This document shows, one piece after another, positions 1 to 7,786 of a stretch of DNA of 36,741 bases. The stretch is taken from positions 1-36,741 of the forward strand of contig JBFMGO010000051.1 of NCBI GenBank assembly GCA_040752695.1, read 5' to 3'. A program made the translations under genes and the position numbers. The stretch comes from a bacterium. Lineage in GTDB: Bacteria; SZUA-182; DTGQ01. Position 1 is the stretch's first letter. Each line of letters starts with the position of its first letter. The notes under the pieces are model-generated. The model was given only the letters and a program-made list of their open reading frames with translations. It made no database searches and had not been told where the DNA came from.

Positions 1-116
1 AATTAATAAAATTAAATACCAATCTAATCATTTAATTTTCTTCCAGCTCCCAACTCCTGATTCCTGGCTCTTCTTGCCCTAAAGTTTGAACAAAATTTTC
101 ATTGTGTGGGCTGTAA

Positions 117-500
117 GGGCCTATTATAAGAATATTTGATCCTAACGGAAGTATATACGGGGATAGGTTCGAATATCAAAAAGATGATTTCGCCCAATTC
201 CAGGCAGATTGTGCCAGCGGTAGGCTTGGGTACCTTTTCGACCTGGATGGAAATGTGGGAGCCAATAGTAAATCAATATATGCTGACCCGCTACTCATAG
301 ATCCGAATGATAGTAAATTTGGTTTGTCTTCTAATTCTCCCTGCATTGACTCTGGTGTCAATCTGGGATCCATTTATACAGATGCACTCTCTGTACTGAG
401 CGTCTGGCCGACATCGATAATTTTAGAGAGCCAGGATATTGATGGGAGATGGGATATTGGGCCATTTGTATACTCAAAAAGTGGCGGTATGCTTTGGTGA
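117..500 (+). pseudogene. C-terminal fragment of a right-handed beta-helix / choice-of-anchor-Q-type secreted protein
   Basis: The frame is open from 117 (after TAA at 114-116) with no ATG: GPIIRIFDPNG...ADPLLIDPNDSKFGLSSNSPCIDSG...WDIGPF. The DP..F.L...SPCIDxG...DIG tail is typical of this class. The N-terminal part is missing. Confidence 0.55.
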
Positions 501-517
501 CGTTACACGGGTTCCTA

Positions 518-554
518 ACAGGAAAGGGCGGCCATATTGACCGCCCTTTCCTGT
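518..554. terminator. Hairpin between convergent genes (probable terminator)
   Basis: Perfect 14-bp inverted repeat ACAGGAAAGGGCGG (518-531) / CCGCCCTTTCCTGT (541-554). No long U-tract. Confidence 0.65.
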
Positions 555-577
555 CTCGGTGGTAGTTGCTACCGCAT

Positions 578-1099
578 TTAATTACGGCCGCATTCCCTGA
601 ACCGCTTTACCCACCGGTAAACCGATGCAGGGCGTGCTTTGATCTGCCTGATAATTTCCGGAGTCTTGGTACCCGCCAGGAACAATTCGTATGCCCGTCT
701 GAATTGCTCCAGGTTATCGCCATACGCGGCCTTGTGGCTCACCGTTACAACGCGGGTCGATCGGTAGTAAGGCACGCCATTATCGTCGAAAACAAGCTCT
801 TTCGGGCTCGAATTCTCATTTCCTTCGATAGAAGTTCCCTCAGATCCATCAGATCCCTCAGATCCTTCCGCCTGATCTGCCTGATCTGCCTGATCTGCCT
901 GTGCTACCTGGACAGATTTGGGATAAATACCTGCCATCTCTAAAATACCGGCGATGTAGCCTGCCGGATTATCCGTCTTCTGGGCCAGTTCCACCCAGGC
1001 CCTGACCTGATGAGTATACTTGGGTAACTGCGCCCGTTTTTCCTCGATAACAGTATCAACCCACAAGGGGAGCTGTAGGATTTTTTGTTTTTTTTTCAT
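578..1099 (-). CDS. Hypothetical protein with C-terminal helix-turn-helix
   Basis: 173-aa ORF. The C-terminus TPEIIRQIKARPASVYRWVKRFRE is HTH-like. A central low-complexity linker (QAD)n(GSE)n is present. Confidence 0.7.
   Translation of the reverse strand: MKKKQKILQLPLWVDTVIEEKRAQLPKYTHQVRAWVELAQKTDNPAGYIAGILEMAGIYPKSVQVAQADQADQADQAEGSEGSDGSEGTSIEGNENSSPKELVFDDNGVPYYRSTRVVTVSHKAAYGDNLEQFRRAYELFLAGTKTPEIIRQIKARPASVYRWVKRFRECGRN
832..905. repeat. In-frame 9-bp tandem repeats
   Basis: GCCTGATCT x3 plus degenerate CCCTCAGAT/CCATCAGAT units, encoding QADQADQADQAEGSEGSDGSEG. Confidence 0.85.
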
Positions 1100-1412
1100 G
1101 ATTCATGCTCATGGCTCGATTCCTTTGATTCCTGTTTTAAACGTAAAGCTTCCAATATCCTGCGATTTCTTTCTTCGTACCACCATGCCCTTTTTAACTG
1201 GAATTTTAACTCAGCATTACTTGTTTAACACTACCAAATCCGAACCCGTTTCATTCTTTCTGACTATGTTCCAGAATACCACTGATACTGGATGGGTTAC
1301 ATACCGATATAAAAATGGATGGATGTATCGAATCAGTGTTGACCGCAGTTCCCGCCATGCCTTGGTCATATGTATGTCGTATGTATAATTATGTATAATA
1401 AGGAGAAGTGCT

Positions 1413-4400
1413 ATGAAGCCCTTCACCAGAGGGTTGCTCCTTGCTCTGGCTGTTATCCTCGTTGTCCAGTTCAATATCCAGCCCTATGCTCAGGCTGCAA
1501 GCGGAAACAAAGAGTGGAAAGACAGTGGGTGTGAATCGAAAATTCGTATCCCATGGGAGGAATTCAAAAATTTACTGAAACTGGACCGGAATGAGTTAGT
1601 CTTAACCTGGGAGGAGTTGAATAGACTCTTACAGCAGACTGATCCCGAATTCAAGCCGGAATACGATCTTATTGACGGCAAGGTGTTATTATCCCATGAC
1701 GAACTTATAAGGATGTTAAACCACTTCAAGCCTCTCCCTCCCGAAACCATTGACCCTGTCAGAGCTTATCTCTTCACCAAATCCATATATACGGGAAGAA
1801 TGGGAAAGGAAGATTTTACCTTTACGGCGGAGTTTGTCCTGACTGTCTTAAAAGAGCGGGCCTATGTAAAAATTCCCATCCTGTCGGATTCCCTGGCCTT
1901 GCAGAGTGTGACTGTAAACGGCCGGCCGGCCCTCATGGTTCGTGAAGGGGGCTATCATTGCCTTATCGTTGATGAGCAGGGTGAGTATAAGGTAAGGGCG
2001 GCCTTTTTCATAAAGCCTGATGTAAACCAGGGACCACAGAGACTACGGTTCCCGATAAAAGAATGTCCCATCACCTTGGTTGATGTAGAGTTGCCTGCGT
2101 CGGACATAGAGCCTGAGATGCTTTCAGCCCAGTATCTGGAGGCGAGCGTCAGGAAAGATAAAACCCTGCTTAAGGCTGTCCTGGCACCCGGTAACTATTT
2201 TGATTTGCAGTGGAAAAGAAAAATGGTCAGCGTGGAGAACACAGAGAGTGCAGAGAGCGCAGAAAGCGTAGAGAAGGTTCCGGCCATGATCTATGCAGAA
2301 GCATATCAATTACTCTCGGTGGAGGATGAAAGCGTAAGGATCACCCAGGATATATTTTACAACATCTTACAGTCTGGTGTAGACAGTTTGCGATTAGCTG
2401 TTTCAGAGGGGTTAACTATTCTATCGGTTTTAGGCCCTGGAGTTGGCGAGTGGCGCGAGATGAAAGAAGGGGATGAGCGGATCTTGTATATCCCGTTGGA
2501 TTATGAGCGAAAAGGAAAATTTCAGCTTACTGTTTCGGCTGAAAAAGCCTTTGCAGATATGGCGTCAATGATAGAAATTTCCGGCCTGAAGGTCTTGGAT
2601 ACCGTGAACGGTTTTGGAGAAAAAGGATATATCGGGGTAGAGATGAAAACAGGTGCAGAATTAGTGCTCAAAGATTCTTCCGGCCTGGAAAAGGTCATCG
2701 TTAACAATCTACCGCGACGGTTATTCACCCAATCAAGCAATCCCTTATTATTAGGGTTCAAATACCTGAAACACCCCTTTCATCTTCTCCTGGATATCAG
2801 AAAGCATGAGAAGGTAGCCTTACCCCAAGCCACTATTGATTCAGCCCGCGGGGTGAGTTTCTTTACTGAGGATGGTTTAATCATCAATAAAGTTGAATAT
2901 GATGTAAAAAATCAATTAAAGCAGTCTCTTCGCTTAAAGCTGCCTGAGGGTGCTTTCCTGTGGAGCGCAGTTGTGGGGCAGGAGAGTGTAGAGGTCAGGC
3001 AGGATAAAGACAGCATCTATATTCCTCTGATCAGCTCACGGCGGTCCGATCAGAAACTTGAATCCTTTCCGGTAGAAATCATCTATTATACCGAGTCTCA
3101 AGAATTTGCTCTCTGGGGCCGAAAACATGTGACCATGCCTCAACCTGATTTAACGGTAAGCCAGATTTTATGGTCTTTGTATTTACCGGAAAAATTTATT
3201 TTCTACCGGTTCATAACAAATCTGGAAAAAGAAGAACTGGCCAGCGGGTTGGCTCCCATCTTCAACCGCAGGAAAAGCAAAGTTACCTTACCGGCAAAAA
3301 GTCCCTATGGCAGTACGGAGACATCCCCCGGCCCGGAGCAAACCAGGAGGATGCAATGGTATATGAGCCAGAGGGAGCAGCCCACCTTTCGTAACATCGA
3401 CATAAGCGGCGGATCAGTGTCGCGGCAGTCCCTGGCTGAATGCGATTTTGACAATAGATTACAACAAATTGAAGATACCATGATTCAAGGCGGGACACCC
3501 ATTCAGGCCGGGGTGGGAGTCTTGCCGATGAATATTCAAATCCCCGCCTCAGGACAGCTTTATCGTTTGGCTAAAAATATTGTAGGCGATGAGCAGTTGG
3601 AAATCACGGTGCATTATTTTCAGGAAATCCTCTTGGAGGCTGCAACCTGGCTCGGCCTTCTATTTTGCATCTTACTCATTGTCTGGCAAATGCGCCGTAT
3701 TCAGGCCACGTTCGCCTTTCTGGCAGCCAGGATTACGAGACTTATTCGGGTAAGCCTTGCGGCCACACGGAGATTTTTTTACTCGCAGTGGTCCATACCT
3801 GCATCGGGTCTTCTCTTTTTATTCTCGTTAGCTGCGAGCCATAGGATAGCTGCTGTTATCTGCTTTCTTATTTTGTGGACTGCGGTCATGATCCGTCTCG
3901 ATAGAAGGATAAGGAGATATAAAGGAAAAATAGAGGCAAAATTTCTTATGGTCTTTCTGCTCCTCTTGCCCGGCCTGGCGATTTGGAGTCACGTTCCGTC
4001 CGCCTTCTGTCAGCAGGCCATGCTGAAGCAAGAATCTCAGGTAAGTATGGAGTGGAATGAATTGAGAAAGATCCTGAAACTTGACAAGGACGAGATTCAG
4101 CTAACCTGGGATGAATTTCAATCAATTGTAAGCCGAATCCCTGAAAAAAGAAAACCTGTGTATACCCTTCAAAAGGGCCTGGTTACCTTAAGCCGTGAAC
4201 AGTTCGACCATCTGTTGGGACAGATGACCGTGCCCCGGAAGGAGGAGATTCCCGCCCCCCTGGACTATCAGATAACCAAAGCCTCTTACAAGGGAAAAAT
4301 GAGCCAGGACTGGACTACCATTACGGCCGACTTTGTCCTGGAAGTGCTCAATAAACAGGGACATACGCTTGTCCCATTTCTCCCTTCCCGCTTAGCCCTT

Positions 4401-6797
4401 CAGGAAGTGACGATACATGATCGACCAGCACTTTTACTTTCAGAAAACGGCTATCATCAGCTTATTCTTGAAGGTCCCGGCAGCTATCAGATACATGTCG
4501 TATTTTTTATGAGGTCATCCCTGAAGGAAACTCAGTACCAGGTTTCCATCCCCGTACAGGAAACGTCCATAACCTTATTAGAAATGGAGATTCCGCTCAA
4601 AGATCTTCGGGTAGAAGTACCTCAGGCCCAGCAGGTAACCATCTCTCCCGGTGCCGAATCAACAAATATCTCGGCTGTTTTCCCTCCGGTTAAAGAGATT
4701 GTCATTCAATGGTATGGCCGAAAAAAGGTTATTCCCGTCAAACAGCCTCCTGTCCCTGCCCCTGTCCTGTCCCCGTTCCCTGCCCCAGTCCCGGCCAAGG
4801 TATATGCAATCAGCTATCATCTCGTATCTATTGAGGATGACGCCTTAAAGGCCACCATGGACATTGCTTATACTATTTTACATGCAAGCGTTGATAATCT
4901 GGAACTCCTGATACCCAAGGAATTGCATATCGTGTCGGTTGAAGGACAGGGGGTAAGCAAATGGCGAGAGCGAAAACAGGACAATAACAGAATTCTCCTC
5001 ATCAACCTTGATTATGCACATAAGGGATCTTTCCAGTTGACCATAGAGTATGAAAAGACCTTGATCGAGCCCTCCAACAGATTTTCTTTTTCAACACCGG
5101 AAGTTTTGAGGGCGGTTAAGGATTCGGGATATATAGGGTTGGAGTTGAAAAGCAGCGTAGAAGTTAAGGTCACCCGCCACGAGGGTCTGGAAAAAGTAGC
5201 TGTTCCCAAATTACCTCAACAGATATTTGCCAGAAGCATAAAACCGCTCATCTATGGCTTTCGATATTCTCAACATCCACATGTCCTGGAGCTGGATATT
5301 CAACGTCATCCCAAGATCTCAGTGCCCATGGCCGTAATCGACTCCGCCAATGCGGTAAGCTTTTTTACCGGTGACGGAAAGATTGTACATCGTATTATGT
5401 ACGAGGTGAGAAATCAGTTGAAGCAATTCTTAAAGCTCCAACTTCCCGAACAGGCAGAATTGTGGAGTGTATTTGTCGGGGGGAAACCCGCAGAGCCAGC
5501 CAGAGAAAAGGATATCCTTTATATTCCACTCATCCGGTCCCAGGAAGACAGTCGGAGATTAAAGCCTTTTACTGTTGAAGTAGTTTACTATCAAAAAGCG
5601 TTCCCTTTTTCAATGTACGGCCAGAAATCTGTATTTCTCCCCCAGATAATTGATGTCATCATGAGCAAGGTATTGTGGTCTCTTTATTTACCCAAAGACT
5701 ATGCCTTTTTACATTTTCAGGGCAATGTAGAGAAAGAACGGTTGATCAGCGGGATACGACCGCTTATGGTCTGCTCTTTTTTGGGTTCTAAACGGCCACA
5801 TCATTTAAGTTCCGATCCTCTTCTGGATCAGGCTGCGGATAAGCTTCAATGTGCGGATGAAGAGGCCCCAACCATCGCCAAGAGCGATAAAGATGGAGTG
5901 GCCTTAAGAGAGAAAGAGGAGACGGAGTTTAAAAAATTCAAGGCCAGCAGGAAAGAGATGATGAAACAGCAGGTCATGGAGAAGGGCTTTGCGCTTGCTC
6001 CCCAGGTGGAGAAGAGATTAGAGCCGAAGAATCCTCAGGGCCGGATATCCGCAGGTTATGATACCGCTGTCATGTCTATTCCCATCTCAATCCCCGTGTC
6101 TGGTCAATTATATCGTTTTGCCAAAACAGCAGTGCGTCAGGAACCTTTAGGTATTACCATGACCTACGCCCAGGACTGGATAATACGTGGTGCAGGCTGG
6201 GGCATCTTTTTGATTCTTATGGGCGGACTGTTTCTTCTCCGGAAAAGGTTATTCGGTTTGCGTAAGTATTACCAAAAATTGTATCATCCTCTTATGGTTG
6301 TCTCCGGTCAAGCAAGGTTGATGCTGAGAAAAGTCTGCCAGGCTACCCTTACCCCCCTCATCTTCATCGGATTGATAATTGCTGCCATGTTCACGCATCA
6401 TCTCCTATCTGCCTCTTTCATCTTTCTCGCGACCCTGTGCCTGGTAATACACCAAAGATCATACTGGTTTGCTGAAAATCCACAGAAAAAACGGCATCAG
6501 TCGTTCACGGGAAGAGAACTACCAGAGGAACCTTCTCCTCCTGAAGGAGCAGCCGAACCAGAGCAAGACCTGAAGGAAGAAACGGGGGAAAAACCGAAGC
6601 AAAGAAAGTTATGGTGGAATATCCTGTTGAGCCTCGGTATTATCATTTTCTTTGGGCTGTATGCACTCCTTTCACTCTGCCGCTATCCATATTACCGCCG
6701 TATCTTTTTAAGCGGCTCACTGGTAATCCTTTACTATATCGGTCTGTTTGTCTGGTGGCTTATTTACAGGATCAAGGGCTTCACTCGCCCGATCTAG
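1413..6797 (+). CDS. Large uncharacterised membrane protein made of two tandem homologous halves
   Basis: 1794-aa ORF with AAGGAG RBS and N-terminal signal peptide (…PYAQA). The halves align throughout, e.g. IPWEEFKNLLKLDRNELVLTWEE vs MEWNELRKILKLDKDEIQLTWDE, and IPASGQLYRLAK vs IPVSGQLYRFAK. Each half is followed by hydrophobic helices. Confidence 0.92.
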   Translation: MKPFTRGLLLALAVILVVQFNIQPYAQAASGNKEWKDSGCESKIRIPWEEFKNLLKLDRNELVLTWEELNRLLQQTDPEFKPEYDLIDGKVLLSHDELIRMLNHFKPLPPETIDPVRAYLFTKSIYTGRMGKEDFTFTAEFVLTVLKERAYVKIPILSDSLALQSVTVNGRPALMVREGGYHCLIVDEQGEYKVRAAFFIKPDVNQGPQRLRFPIKECPITLVDVELPASDIEPEMLSAQYLEASVRKDKTLLKAVLAPGNYFDLQWKRKMVSVENTESAESAESVEKVPAMIYAEAYQLLSVEDESVRITQDIFYNILQSGVDSLRLAVSEGLTILSVLGPGVGEWREMKEGDERILYIPLDYERKGKFQLTVSAEKAFADMASMIEISGLKVLDTVNGFGEKGYIGVEMKTGAELVLKDSSGLEKVIVNNLPRRLFTQSSNPLLLGFKYLKHPFHLLLDIRKHEKVALPQATIDSARGVSFFTEDGLIINKVEYDVKNQLKQSLRLKLPEGAFLWSAVVGQESVEVRQDKDSIYIPLISSRRSDQKLESFPVEIIYYTESQEFALWGRKHVTMPQPDLTVSQILWSLYLPEKFIFYRFITNLEKEELASGLAPIFNRRKSKVTLPAKSPYGSTETSPGPEQTRRMQWYMSQREQPTFRNIDISGGSVSRQSLAECDFDNRLQQIEDTMIQGGTPIQAGVGVLPMNIQIPASGQLYRLAKNIVGDEQLEITVHYFQEILLEAATWLGLLFCILLIVWQMRRIQATFAFLAARITRLIRVSLAATRRFFYSQWSIPASGLLFLFSLAASHRIAAVICFLILWTAVMIRLDRRIRRYKGKIEAKFLMVFLLLLPGLAIWSHVPSAFCQQAMLKQESQVSMEWNELRKILKLDKDEIQLTWDEFQSIVSRIPEKRKPVYTLQKGLVTLSREQFDHLLGQMTVPRKEEIPAPLDYQITKASYKGKMSQDWTTITADFVLEVLNKQGHTLVPFLPSRLALQEVTIHDRPALLLSENGYHQLILEGPGSYQIHVVFFMRSSLKETQYQVSIPVQETSITLLEMEIPLKDLRVEVPQAQQVTISPGAESTNISAVFPPVKEIVIQWYGRKKVIPVKQPPVPAPVLSPFPAPVPAKVYAISYHLVSIEDDALKATMDIAYTILHASVDNLELLIPKELHIVSVEGQGVSKWRERKQDNNRILLINLDYAHKGSFQLTIEYEKTLIEPSNRFSFSTPEVLRAVKDSGYIGLELKSSVEVKVTRHEGLEKVAVPKLPQQIFARSIKPLIYGFRYSQHPHVLELDIQRHPKISVPMAVIDSANAVSFFTGDGKIVHRIMYEVRNQLKQFLKLQLPEQAELWSVFVGGKPAEPAREKDILYIPLIRSQEDSRRLKPFTVEVVYYQKAFPFSMYGQKSVFLPQIIDVIMSKVLWSLYLPKDYAFLHFQGNVEKERLISGIRPLMVCSFLGSKRPHHLSSDPLLDQAADKLQCADEEAPTIAKSDKDGVALREKEETEFKKFKASRKEMMKQQVMEKGFALAPQVEKRLEPKNPQGRISAGYDTAVMSIPISIPVSGQLYRFAKTAVRQEPLGITMTYAQDWIIRGAGWGIFLILMGGLFLLRKRLFGLRKYYQKLYHPLMVVSGQARLMLRKVCQATLTPLIFIGLIIAAMFTHHLLSASFIFLATLCLVIHQRSYWFAENPQKKRHQSFTGRELPEEPSPPEGAAEPEQDLKEETGEKPKQRKLWWNILLSLGIIIFFGLYALLSLCRYPYYRRIFLSGSLVILYYIGLFVWWLIYRIKGFTRPI

Positions 6798-6888
6798 GAG
6801 ACCATGCAGATACAAACAACCTGACCCATCCTTCGGCATTCTTTATTGAATCTGAATTCAAAGCGAATGAGGTGATTGAAGCAAATCT

Positions 6889-7786
6889 CTAGCTACCTGT
6901 CAGATTATGTGGATAAGTCCAGAAATAGAGAATGAGACCGATGTGGAGAGGGAGTGCCTGAGCAAGTTGCCGGAGAAGCCATCGGTAGCCGATATGGAAT
7001 ATGCTGATATCACGACGATGATTTCTATCGACCTGAGATCTCCATCCCCTTTTTATTACCCATGAGCCAGTATGCATCAGCCATACATAGAGGATACTCA
7101 AGGCCAAAAAGAGACGAGAGATCCGAGAGGTATCGTGCAGATGAGTCTGGTCGATATGCAGTCCATGGCCTTTCAAGTCCCCATGCATCTCTTCTATCCA
7201 CATCCTTACTTTGTAATCAGTTAACGTACCTTGATGAGCCAGTTGATCAGTGACAATATACCAGGGATCATCCTCCCCCTTTTTCCAGGTTATGGCTAAG
7301 CTTACTGGTCCAGTGGGATCTTCCCTGGTGAGGAAAACCCCTTGCAGAAAGAGCGTCTCTCCTGGAAATAGCCTCAGATCCTGTAGCTGTACCCTCACCA
7401 TATTCATCTCTTATATAGGTATCCTTGGCTACTCTAAGCCGATAATGCCACCTTTTGGTATAAAGCCACCCGATTAATCCTGTACTGCGAAACTCTCCAT
7501 CCCCTCTGATCACCACCTCTACTCCCTTAGAAATGAGTGGGATCAGATGCTCTAATAACTCAATCTGAGTGGCAGCATCAGTGACTCCTGCCTTATCTAT
7601 CACTTTCCACATCAGGGGAACCGCTCTTCGGCGATAGGCTATACTGACAGTGAAAAGTTTTAGCTTCCCGTGCAAAGTGGTCACATCCACTATCAGCCGT
7701 ATCCTCCCTCCGGCACTGGCTGAGTGTATTATCCTCTGGGCTATTGGGTTATACACTGCTTTATCATCTATCTCCTTAGATAGCCT
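6889..7786 (-). mobile_element. IS4-family (IS10-like) transposase remnant, 5'-truncated and frameshifted
   Basis: DDE motifs LIVDVT, RGDGEF and Y-KV-R-MWIE-E-MHGDL-K (YREK) are split over two frames. A 1-nt loss near 7393 (GAG GG GTA, originally E-W-V) explains the shift. The 5' end is cut off directly at the stop of the neighbouring gene, and no left end is seen. Confidence 0.9.

Noticed and set aside
1..116. Possible IS end truncating the first gene fragment
   Set aside because: No partner inverted repeat or transposase is visible in the window, so it cannot be supported.
7268..7420. Programmed frameshift in the IS4 transposase
   Set aside because: No slippery sequence, IS4 transposases are normally single-ORF, and the element is also 5'-truncated. 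This is decay.
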